Shown here piece after piece: positions 13,871 through 26,267 of a DNA stretch of 64,000 nucleotides (positions are counted from its first letter, which is position 1; each line of letters opens with the position of its first letter). The stretch lies in the NCBI RefSeq assembly GCF_009914755.1, contig NC_060939.1. One strand, written 5' to 3'. A program made the position numbers and the translations under genes. The stretch is from the human T2T-CHM13v2.0 reference genome, Homo sapiens. The notes beneath the pieces were generated by a model, which worked only from the letters and a program-made list of their open reading frames with translations, was not told the DNA's origin and did not search any database.

Positions 13871-15298
13871 AAGAAGCCAACTGTGAGATAAACAGACACA
13901 TATTACTTGTCATTTTGAAATAAATTCAAATTACTAAAAAGTTATAAATTCACACAAAGAATATCAAACATACCCTCACACATTTTTTTCCTGAAGCATT
14001 TGAGAACAATCTGCAGTTATACTCCTTGGCAGTAAATACTTCACTATGTATTTTATATATGTAAGGATACTATCCTATATCACTATACTATAACTAACAA
14101 AATCAGGAGATTATCACTGATACAGAATTATTATTTAAATTACAGCATTTACATTTCACCAACTATCCCATTAATCTCTTTGACAGTATAAAATAAAGTT
14201 GAGAAAAAGATATAAGCCCAATTCTCCCAGAAGCTCTGCAAACCCCAAAGAGGATAAATACGAAGAAAACCACACTTAAGCATATCACAGAAAAACTGAT
14301 GATAAACTGAAACAAAGAGAAAAATCTTGAGTACAGAGGAGAGGGAAAAATCAACTCATTACCTTTAAAGCAACAGCCATAAGACTGACAGCCTTGCATT
14401 GTCCAGGAAGTGATAAAAGTAATAATTTATAATAAACTCTAATAAATTGGTAACTTATTGCCTATTTAGTGGTATAGTAGGGTCAAAATCCTGACTGAAA
14501 ACGGTTCAAAACAGAATGATGAGAAAAATGGGGATACTGAGTATTAAGATACTTTGAGTTTCGTCATAAAGGAGAACAAAGAAATAAATAAACAGAATGG
14601 ATTTTTAAGATGAGTGATAGTATATCATACTTTCATACTGATGGGGATGATCCAGTACAGAGACAAATTGTGTTATGGTAAGAAAGAGGGAATGACAATA
14701 GGTGCTAAATCTGTGAGTGACAGGAAACAGGTTTCGGTACCAAAATGAATCAACTCGCCAACTAATATCCAACTACCAGAAAAACAAAGACTATATTCTT
14801 CTACTCTAATTCTCTGTGATGAGAGTCTAACCCAAATTTTCCTCTCCAGAACTTGTCACTTTTTACGTCTTTAATGTAAACATCTGTACCCATATTCCTT
14901 CATTCCTCTGACCTTACCCTGAATATCCATGTGTCATCTACTTACCTGACTCATTAAGGTCTTTCACTGAAACTCATTTGTCTATGATCACTGTCCAAAC
15001 CCCATTCAGTGTCCTGTAGATTTGCAAAAGTCACTTCTCTACTCATTCTCATACTTTCCAATCAATGTAACACCAGAAAACTTCGTCCTTTAGCTTAAGC
15101 ACATCTCCCATTAAGTATTGGTCAGTTCTATCTAACTTACACTGGCATCTATCATTTAGCATTGTTCTAACCAAGGGTATCACTATTGCTTCCAGGCCAA
15201 ATGAACAAGTATAAATAGATGGCCTACTTTTCAGCTCTACTTCAGATAATTCCCTTACACAATCACAGAACATCCTGTGAGACAGAGAGAGACACTGA

Positions 15299-15328
15299 GT
15301 GTGTGTGTGTGTGTGCGTGTGTGTGTGT
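15299..15328. repeat. (GT)n microsatellite
   Basis: Direct read. Confidence 0.9.
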
Positions 15329-15964
15329 ATATCAGGTCAGAAAATTCACTATGCCATACATTACATTCTAAGTCAAGAGTCTTCACAAAATAATGAGTTT
15401 CCAAGAACTAAAATGGATAATCACAAAATAGCAATGTTGTAACACTAGACCAGAAAACTTCAAATCTAACATTCTTTACTTCCATAAACATTTCAGCTCC
15501 ACTATAAATTTTACCAAGTTAGCTCTTTTGTATTTAGTACATATACACAGACACACATTCAAAGAAAAACCACTAGCTCAAGACTTTGATTTTATTCTTA
15601 ATTCCAATACTTGATAAGCAAAAACATTATAACTACTCATCTTACTACAAGATCTGATTGAAAATCATTTTTCATTTTAAAGCACAGATGCTTTTTGTAA
15701 TACATGCTGAATGGATTCCTTTTAGTAAAAACCCATAAATTCTAATGATTTTTAGTAGTCCAGTTCTTATAAAAATGTCAGTAGTAATGTAAATAAAATA
15801 GTTTTAAGCATTTTAATATCAGTATCAGGGTTTGAAATGCAATACATGGTTCTGAGATACTTCATAAAATAGATGTCTATTTCAAACAGTATTTTTTTTT
15901 AACCTAGGTTCTTTTCTCACAGGAGTCTTCAACAAAATATGTGTATTTTCATCCAAAGTCACAG

Positions 15965-15980
15965 TGTGCCACCTAGTGCT
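15965..15980 (-). promoter_or_regulatory. Candidate CTCF site
   Basis: AGCACTAGGTGGCACA is close to the CTCF core CCACYAGRKGGCR; lies in unique intronic DNA. Confidence 0.5.
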
Positions 15981-16599
15981 GTATGGAGATTTTACAGAGG
16001 CCTGTTCAAATACTTAATGTTTCAACTAAAAGTATAAAGATCAGCCTTCAGTGAAAGTTTTTATGTTCAAATCTTACAGTACATAATCTAAGAAAGTGTT
16101 TACAATAGTTACCAAAGAGGCTAGGTACTTCTGAGACTTGCTCCCAAAGAAACTTCTTTCTCTTAGGTTTAAAATATCTAAATAATTTCAACAACTTTCC
16201 CCATAATCTTGAAAAGGTTACAAGTACTGTTTACTAAATGTCTATGTATCTGTCTCCATAAAACTTTCTACTTTATACAAGTTCTTCAAAATCCATTCAT
16301 ACCACTATCTGCCCATAAAATGAAATTCTTGTATCTTTTTTCCAATGTTTTTCAGCTTTCTGAATAATTCAGAAAAGAACCTTTCTCTTAAATTCCCACT
16401 ACTAACGCCCTTAATACTTTGGGTAGCATGAAGACAAGATTACTAGTCATGCAGCTTACCTGAGAAACCATGTAACTAGTACAATTTTCCTAATATTACA
16501 GAATGATAAGCTGGAATCCTGTTCAGTAATTTACGATAACTTTATCAGTTTTTACCAATATTTCACACCATCTAAAGGTAAAACCATAGATGAACTAAG

Positions 16600-17200
16600 G
16601 ATGGCTAAACTATTATAAGGGGGAAACAACTTCTCTCTTGTATGAGCTACTCTGTTCTGGAGTCTCTGTTATAGCTCACTAGCCTATACACTAAATGATA
16701 TATCAAGTCTTACCGAGTCTATCTCCTAAACACAACTGGAGAATGTAAATCCACTACCATCACCCTAGTCCAAGCTATCATCATCTCAAACCTAAATTAC
16801 TAATACTGTATCAGCCTCCATGACAGAGACTACAATATGCATCAAAACCACTTGCTTTCTTTCCTGTCACAAAGCTAGACAACACCTTCCAGTCTTTCTT
16901 GCAGACAGATGGCCATGTGACTAAGTTCTGCATGCTAGAATATAGGGGAAAATGAGGTAAGCTATGTCCAGGTCTGGGTTTGCTTTTTTTTAAGTCTCCT
17001 GCATCATCAGCTATGTTCTCTCCCTCAATTCCCCACTTACTGGCCAGATGCATAGGATCTAGCAGACCTCTCTAAAGAATGATAGAGTCATAAGATAAAA
17101 AAAAAAATTTAGTCCCATCAAAATGTGAAAGGTCACATGCTGAATACCTACACTGAACTATTAAGTGAACAAGAAATAAACTACTAATCTGTTGGTTCCC
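16600..17200 (+). mobile_element. MLT1 and L2 fragments
   Basis: ggccatgtgactaagttctg (MLT1); caccctagtccaagctatcatcatctc (L2). Confidence 0.55.
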
Positions 17201-17217
17201 CTTCCAGTTATGAAAAC

Positions 17218-19445
17218 ATAAAAGGCATCCACATTGGAAAGGAAGAAGTCTAATTAGCCTAGTTTGCAGATGACATCTTTTACTTAGAAAAAGATAAAGA
17301 CAGCCAGGTGTGGTGGCTTACACCTGCAATCCTAGCACTTCGAGAGGCAGAGGCAGGAGAATTGCTTCAGCCTGGGAGCTCAAGGCTGCAGTGAGCTATG
17401 ATCGCATCATTGCACTCCAGCCTGGGTGACAGAGTGAGACCTTGTCTCAAAAAAAAAACCAAAAAACCTAAAGACTACACCAAAATCTGTTAGAACTGAT
17501 TAACAAATTCAGTAAAGTTACAGGATACAAAATCAACATACAAAAACCAACAGTGAACAATCCAAAAAAGAAAATCAAGAAAGCAATCCCATTTACGATA
17601 GTTACAAAGAATATAAAATATCTTGGAATCAATTTAACCAAAAAAGGGAAAGATCCAGACAAGGAAAATTGTAATACACTGATGAATGAGAATGAGGAGG
17701 ATATAAAAAATGGAAAGATATTTCATGCTTATGAAATGGAAGAATACTATTAAAACAACACTACCCAAAGCAATTTACAGATTCAATGCAATCCCTTTTC
17801 AAAATACCAATGACATTCTTTACAGAAATAGAAAAAAAAATCCTAAAACTTATATGGAACACAAAATACCCCAAACAGCCAAAACAAACCTGGGCAAAAA
17901 GAATAAAGCTGGAGACATCACAGTACCTGACTACAGTAACAAAATCAGCATGGTACTGGCATAAAAACAAACACACAGACCAATGGAACAGAATAGAGAA
18001 CCCAGAGATAAACCCATGCATTTACAGCCAACTAATCTTTGACAAAGTTGACAGGAACATACACCAGGGAAAGAACACCCTATTCAATAAATGGTGCTGG
18101 GAAAACTGGATAACTTTATGCAAAAGAATAAAACTAGGTTCCTATCTCTCACCATACCAAAAAATCAAATCAAAATGGATTAAAAACTTCAAAGTAAGAC
18201 CTGAAACTATGAAACTACTAAAATAAAACTTAAAAGAAATGCTCCAGGATATTTGTCTGGGTAAAGAATTTTTGTGTAAGATCTCAAAAGCACAGGCAAC
18301 AAAAACAAAAATAGACAAATGAGACTATATTAGTAACTAAAAGGCTTCTGCATAACAAAGGAAATAATCAACAAAGAGACAATCCACAGAATGGAAGAAA
18401 ATATTTGGAAATTACCCATCTAGTAAGAGATTAATAACCAGAACATATGAGGAGCTCCAACAACTCACTAGCAAAACACAAATAATCCAAATTAAAAATG
18501 GGCAAAAGATCTAAATAGACATTTCTCAAAAGATATACAAAATGGCCAACAGATATATGAAAAAAGACTCATCACTAATCACCACAGAAATGCAAATCAA
18601 AACTACAGTGAAATATCATCTCACGCAGTTAAAATGGTTTTTATCAAAAAGACAGGCAATAACATGCTACCAAGGATGTGGAAAAAGAGGCACCCTAAGT
18701 ACACTGTTGGTGGAAATGAAAATTAGTATGCCATTATAGAGAACAGTATGAAAGTTCCCCAAAAAAACTAAAAAGAGAATCATCATATGATCCAGCAATT
18801 CCACTACTGCGTATATATCCAAAATAAAGGAAACTAATATATCAAAAAGTTATCTGCACTCCCATGTTTATTGCATCACTATTCACATATATGGAATCAA
18901 CCTAAGTGCCATCAACAGATGAATAAAGAAAAAGTATTACATATACAAAGTTGAATATCATTCAGCCATGAAAAAGAATAAAATCCTGTCACTTGCAACA
19001 ACATAGATGGAACTGGAGGTCATTATGTTAAGTGAAATAAGCCAAACACAGAAAGAGAACTATCATATGTTCTCCCTCATATGTTGGAGCTAAAAAAGTG
19101 GATCTCATAAAGATATAGAGTAGACTGGTAGTTACCCAAGGCCAGGAAAAGTAGTGGAGTGGGGTGGGTGGGGATAAAAAGTTGATTAATGGGTACAAAT
19201 ATATGGTTGGATAGAAAAAATAAGACCTAGTGTTAGATAGATCAGAGGGGTGACTATAGTTATAATACTTTATTATGCTTTTCAAAATAGCTAGAAAAGA
19301 ATAATTTGAATGTTTCTAGTACAAAAAGACATATTTAGGTTGATAGACACAGCCAAGTATATTAACAAATTATATGAATGTAATCAATTATCACATGTAC
19401 CCCAAAATTATGTACATCTCTTATGCAGCAATAAAATAAAATAAA
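17218..19445 (+). mobile_element. L1MA-type element, 5'-truncated, with an Alu monomer at 17302-17465
   Basis: ORF2 C-terminal fragments (IKYLGINLTK, AWYWHKN) and L1MA 3'UTR. Confidence 0.9.
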
Positions 19446-20182
19446 TTACTGGGCATACTAGAAAACAAGTCCAAAGACTAAAAACCAAGAAAAAATATAA
19501 AAAAAGGGAATATACCCACACATTAGCCAAGTAATAAAAGTTATCAGAAATAGATTTTAAAGTAACTCTAATTAATATGAACTGAAAATAAAAGGATTGA
19601 AATTTTCTGCAGAAAACTAGATACCTTAAAAGAATCAAGTAGAAATTATAAAACTGAAGAATCAAAAAACTGAAATTAAGAACTCAATGAATGGGTTTAA
19701 CAAGAAATTAGTGAATTAGTTAGACTAAAATATCCAGAATGAAAACATAAAAAAAATAGAAAAGAGCAAAAGAGACATAAGAAATTTTTAAAAAGGTCAA
19801 ACATAGAAGCAAAAACTGAAATCTGAGGAAAAGAGAAACAAAAATGGGATTAGAGCACATAAAGGCTGAGAACTTTCCAAAACTAACAAAAGATCATACC
19901 ACGAATCAATAGGCATTATGAATAAAATTGTGAATTTTTTTAATAAAAAGGTAAAATAAAAAGACAAACGATAGACATATTAGGGTTAAAAAGTACCGAC
20001 AACAACAACAACAAAAAACCTTAGAAGTAGTTACAAGTAACCTCAAATTAATAAGAATAAAACTGACAAGTGACATTCTATAAGAAATAATAAATGCAAG
20101 TCAAGAAAATACCTTCAAAGTGAAAAAGTAAGTAACTGCCATGCAGAAATATGTGAAAATATCTATTTAAAAACTAATAAAA

Positions 20183-20577
<395 letters not shown>

Positions 20578-20627
20578 CTAATTACCAAATCCAAGGAGCT
20601 GCGGCTGGCGTTATCTGTTACAATTTG

Positions 20628-20946
<319 letters not shown>

Positions 20947-22022
20947 CAATTTGCATTTTTATGAGCAAAATATTGCACAGATTTCTTGATTACTTAAAAG
21001 CTATAAGATATACCTTTTCATTAAAAATAAATATTTTGAATATTAAAAATAAAAGAGGAAAAACAAAAAATGAAATTCACATGGATATTCTAGAAGAGAA
21101 ATAAAATATTACTGAGGTTATGAGCTCAACAAATCGCTTTAACCACAAACTAGATACAGCAGAAGAAAGGTCAGCGAACTGGAAAATGGAAAATATGACA
21201 GTAGGAAATACCTACATGAAAGCACAGAGGAAAAAAAGAATACAGAAGAGAAAATAAACATATAAGACACAGTGAAAAAGTCTTACATGGTACAAGTGGA
21301 GACCTTGAAGGAAAGAACAGAGAAACTGGAGCAGAAAAAAAATTTGAAAGGGAATGGCTTTAAAACTGACAAAAGATAGCAGCCAAATTCTCCCAGAAGC
21401 TCTACAAACCCCCAAGCAGGATAAATACAAAGAAAACCAAACATAAGTATATCACAGAAAAACTGATGAAAACCTGAAACAAAGAAAATCTTAACAGTGT
21501 ACAGAGAGGATAAGAGCTCATTACCTTCAAAGGGGTGACAAAAAAAACTCAGCTGATTTTCCAACAAACGGACATGATAAACGTCAGTAAACAGTGGAGC
21601 ACCTTTAAAGTACTAAAAGAAAATTACTGTTTTCTAGTATAAAAAATATTCTAATCTAGTATAATAATATAGTATAATAATCTAGGTTTGCACGCAAACC
21701 TACCTTCTACTATTATACTACATTATGTACTATACATACTATATTATACTATACTATATTAATACAGTATAATAATCTAGGTTTGCATGCAAATGAAGAA
21801 CACCAAAAACAGTAAAAATATAAATAAAAGAGTATGAATACAAACTATATGAAAGTACTATAATCTTATGAAATTTTAAAGATATGAAAAACAAAGTGTA
21901 TCACAATTTCACAAAAGGTGGAAGGGGAGTAAACAATTAAAGTGGATAAGGCCTTTACATTCTCCAGGAAGTGATAAAAGTAACAATTTATAATAGACTC
22001 TAATAAGTCATTAAGAAATGTT

Positions 22023-22325
22023 GGGCCGGGCACAGTAGTTCACACCTGTAATCCCAACACTCTGGGAGACTAAGGTGAGAGTATCACTTAAGGTCTAGAG
22101 TTCAAGACCAGCCTGGGCAATAGAGTAGAACCTTGTCTCTACAAAAAAAAAAAAAAAAAATTAAGCCAGGCATAATGGCACCTGTAGTCCCGGCTACTCA
22201 AGAGGCTGAGGTGGGAGGATTACCTGAAACCAGGAGTTCAAAGCTGTAGTGAGCTATGATAGCACCACTACACTCCAGCCTGGCCAACAGAGCCAGACTC
22301 CATCTCCCGAAAAAGAAAAAAAGAA
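22023..22325 (+). mobile_element. AluJ
   Basis: Diverged dimer. Confidence 0.9.
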
Positions 22326-22332
22326 AGGAAAA

Positions 22333-22383
22333 GGAAGGAAGGAAGGAAGGAAGGAAGGAAGGAAGGAAGGAAGGAAGGAAGGA

Positions 22384-22430
<47 letters not shown>

Positions 22431-22432
22431 CA
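22333..22432 (+). repeat. Compound microsatellite (GGAA)13(GGCA)12
   Basis: Counted directly. Confidence 0.95.
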
Positions 22433-22931
22433 TCTCTAGGGTGCCCACTAAAAAATAATAATACATAAATAATGGGCTTATAGGAAGAAATGGAAAGATA
22501 TACTGCTAGAGTATATATAGTGATACTTTTAGTAAAAAGTTTATCAACCAGGAAAACATATCAATGTCAAATGTGCACATATCTAACACATCTAATAATG
22601 TACAAGTAAAATTGAAATAAGAGAAAAATACAATTATTTTTGGAGATTTTAACACAACACACTCTTTTAGAAGCTGGCAGAACAAGCAGACAAAAAAATT
22701 AAGTAACAATATAGAAGATTTGAACAACATAATTAACAAGTTGATATATTTGACATATTCAGAACCCAGCAGTCAACAATGGCAAAAACACATTTTTTCC
22801 AGGTGCATGTTTTCCAAACTGTCAATATCCTTAGTCATAACTCAGGTCTCACTAAATTTCAAAGTATAGAAAGTAAAAAGAGATATAACCTGAATAATCC
22901 CCATGTGTTTGGAAGTTAAGCAATACATTTC

Positions 22932-23237
22932 TTTTCTTCTTCTTTTTTTTTTTTTGAGATGGAATCTCGTTCTGTTGCCCAGGCTGGACTGCAGTAGTGC
23001 CATCTTGACTCACTGCAGCCTCTGCTTCCGGGTTCCAGCGATTCTCCTGCTTCAGCCTCCCAAGTAGCTGGGATTACAGGCGCCCAGCACCACGCCTGGC
23101 TAATTTACTGTATTTTTAGTAGAGACAGCGTTTCACCACGTTGGGCAGGCTGGTCTTGAACTCCTAGCCTCAAGTGATCCATCTGCCTCGTCCTCCCAAA
23201 TTGCTGGGATTACAGGCATGAGCTACCGCACCCTGCC
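22932..23237 (-). mobile_element. AluS
   Basis: Reverse dimer; TSD caatacatttct. Confidence 0.95.
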
Positions 23238-23717
23238 AACCAATACATTTCTAAATAACTTGGGGATCAAGGAAAAAATCACAATGGAAATTGTATTTTT
23301 AGTTAAATGATAATAAAATGATGGCAGGTTAACATTTACAAGATGCAGCTTAAAAGAAACTGCATAGCTTTAAAGGACATGTAAGAAAGAAAACAGGCTA
23401 AAACTAAATTATCTAAGTCTCTATTTCAAGAAGTTAGTAAAAGAGCACCATATTAAATCCCAAGAAAGGAAGTAATAAACAGCAAAAAATCAATATAATA
23501 CAAGACCAACATGTGATACAGAAAAATTAAAAAAAAAACAAAAGTGAGTTATTTAAAAACACTAATGAAATGTATATATTCCTTGGCAAGAGGGATCAAG
23601 TAAAAACAAGAGCAGGCAAAAATAGTATTAGGAATTAAAAAGAAAGATCACTACAGATCCTAGAAACCTCCACACATCAAAAAGATAACAAAAGGATATT
23701 ATAAATAAAATTGTATC

Positions 23718-24030
23718 CGGTCAGTCACCGTGGCTCACACCTGTAATCCCAGCACTTGGGGAGGCCAAGGCAGGAGGACTGCTTGAGACCAAGAGTTCAA
23801 GACCAGACTGGACAACATAGCAAGACCTCTCTCTACTAAAAATAAAAATAAAAAACAAATAGCCAGGCATGGTGGTACCACCTCTAGTCCCAGCTACTCA
23901 GGAGGCTAAGGCAGGAGGATCACTGGAGCCCAGGAGTTCAAGGTTTCAGTGAGCTATGATCATCATGCCACTACACTCCAGCCTGGGTGTGACAGAGTGA
24001 GACTCTGCCTCTCAAAAAAATAATAATAAT
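23718..24030 (+). mobile_element. AluJ
   Basis: Diverged dimer. Confidence 0.9.
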
Positions 24031-24402
24031 AATTAAGTAACATTGTAGCAATGAATTTGTAAATCTCTTTGAAACAGACAAGTCCGTTGAAAAACATAAC
24101 TTACCAAACCTTGGCATAAAAGAAAACAGAAAATCTGAATAGTTACTGAAGAAATTGAATCCCACAAAAGAAAATCTATGACCAGATGGGTTTCACTGGT
24201 AAATTATCCTAATCATTTAAGCAACAAATTACATTAAATTTTCTAGAGAATAAAGAAGAAAAAACACATTTTATGAGGCCTGAAAAACTCTGATATCAGA
24301 ACCTAACAGGACCATACAGGAAACATAAATTATAATTTAATGTCTTTTAAGAGAAAAGATGTGAAAATCATATATATGTATGTGTATAAGCACACAAACG
24401 TA

Positions 24403-25500
24403 GGCCAGGCGTGGTGGCTCATGCCTGTAATCCCAGAAAAACTTTGGCAGGCCAAAGTAGGCGGATCACTTGAGGTCAGGAGTTCAAGACCACCCTGGCC
24501 AATATGGCAAAACCCCATCTCTGCTAAAAATACAAAACTTAGCGGGCGTGGTGGTACGCGCCTGTAATTCCAGCTACTCAGGAGGCTGAGGCATGAGAAT
24601 CACTTGAACCTGGGAGGCGAGGGTTGCAGTGAGCTGAGACTGTGTCCAGAATTGGTGGGTTCTTGGTCTCACTGACTTCAAGAATGAAGCCGCAGACCGT
24701 TGCCCTGAGTGTTACAGTTCTTAAAGACAGCGTGTCCGGAGTTTGTTCCTTCTGATGTTCGGATGTGTTGGGAGTTTCTTCCTTCTGGTGGGTTCGTGGT
24801 CTCGCTGGCTCAGGAGTGAAGCTGCAGAACTTTGCGGTGAATGTCACAGCTCATAAAGGCAGTGTGGACCCAAAGAGTGAGCAGCAGCAAGATTCACTGC
24901 AAAGAGCGAAAGAGCAGGGGGCGGCGCTGGTCGAGGAGGCTCGGGCCGCGCAGGACCCCACGGTGGGGGGCGGGGTCAGGCTCAGGCATGGCGGGCTGCA
25001 GGTCCCGAGCCCTGCCCCGCTGGGAGGCAGCAAAGGCCCAGCGAGAAATCGAGCGCAGCGCCAGTCGGCCGGCACTGCTGGGGGACCCAGCGCACCCTCC
25101 CAGCTGCTGGCCCAGGTGCTAAGCCCCTCACTGCCCGGGGCCACTCCGAGTACAGGAGCCCGCCAAGCCCACGCCCATCAGGAACTCTAGCTGGCCCGCA
25201 AGCGCCACGCACAGCCCTGGTTCCCGCCCGTGCCTCTCCCTCCACACCTCCCGGCAAGCTGAGGGAGCCGGCTCTGGCCTCAACCAGCCCAGAGAGGGGC
25301 CCCCACAGCTCAGTGGCGGGCTGAAGGACTCCCCGAGCATGGCCAGAGCGGACGTCGAGGCCGAGGAGGCACCAAGAGTGAGCGAGGGCTGGGAGGGCTG
25401 CCAGCACGCTGTCACCTCTCAAGATCATGCTACTGCACTCCAGCCTGGGCAACAGAGTAGGGCTCTGCCTCAAAACAAAAGCAAAAAAAAAAAAAAAAAT
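24403..25500 (+). mobile_element. AluS split by an LTR12C insertion
   Basis: Alu breaks at gagctgagac (24640) and resumes at agatcatgc (25422). Confidence 0.92.
24641..25421 (-). mobile_element. LTR12C-like (ERV9) solo LTR, internally deleted (781 bp)
   Basis: Minus-strand termini TGAGAGGTGACAGCGTGCTGGC...CCAATTCTGGACACA; 4-bp TSD agac/agat. Confidence 0.92.
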
Positions 25501-25994
25501 ACACACACATTTATACATGTATGTATAAACATAAACGTACTTGCAAATTGAATTCAGATATGAGAACACCACCAAGTTGGGTTTATTTCAGGAATACTAA
25601 GCTGATTTAACATTTTCAAATCAATGAATATAATTCACAGAATTTATTAATCTGTTAATAAATTTATATTTATTAACAACATAAAGGAGAAAAGCCTTGT
25701 GTTCACATCAACAGATGAAAAGAAAAGCATGTAATAAATTTCAATATTTATTTATAACTTTTAAATTCTTAGCAAACTACAGCAAACATCATATATAATG
25801 GTATAAAACTGAAAAAGACAAGGATGCCTACTACTATCACTACTTCCATTCAATATTATATTGAAAGTCCTAGCCTGTGTAATAAGGTGAGAAAAAGAAT
25901 AAAACAGGGAAATTACGAGCTGAACCTACAGCAGCTTGTTACACTAGAAAGTATAGAAATGCTCAAAGAATAATATGGACATACCAAATAGATT

Positions 25995-26267
25995 TGGCTG
26001 GGTACACTGGCTCACAACTGTAATCCCAACACTCTGGGAAGCCAAAGCTGGAGGATTGCTTGAGTCCAGGAGTTCAAGACCAGCCTGGGAAACATAGGGA
26101 GACCCCCATCTCTACAAAAAATTTAAAAAATTGGCCCAGCTACTCAGGAGACTGAGGCAGGAGGCTGGCTTGAGCCCAGGAGGTCGAGGCAGCAGTGAGC
26201 TGTAATTACGCCACTGCACTCTTGCCTGGGTGACAGAGACCCTGTCTTTAAAAAAAAAAAAAAAAAA
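25995..26267 (+). mobile_element. AluJ with internal deletion
   Basis: Diverged dimer. Confidence 0.88.

Noticed and set aside
15049-15273. 74-aa ORF (MFCDCVRELS...) as a microprotein
   Set aside because: No recognisable homology or promoter, and the length is within chance expectation; only its splice signals were kept as a finding
24578-25575. ORFs of 89-197 aa over the LTR12C/Alu
   Set aside because: Translations of GC-rich LTR and Alu sequence
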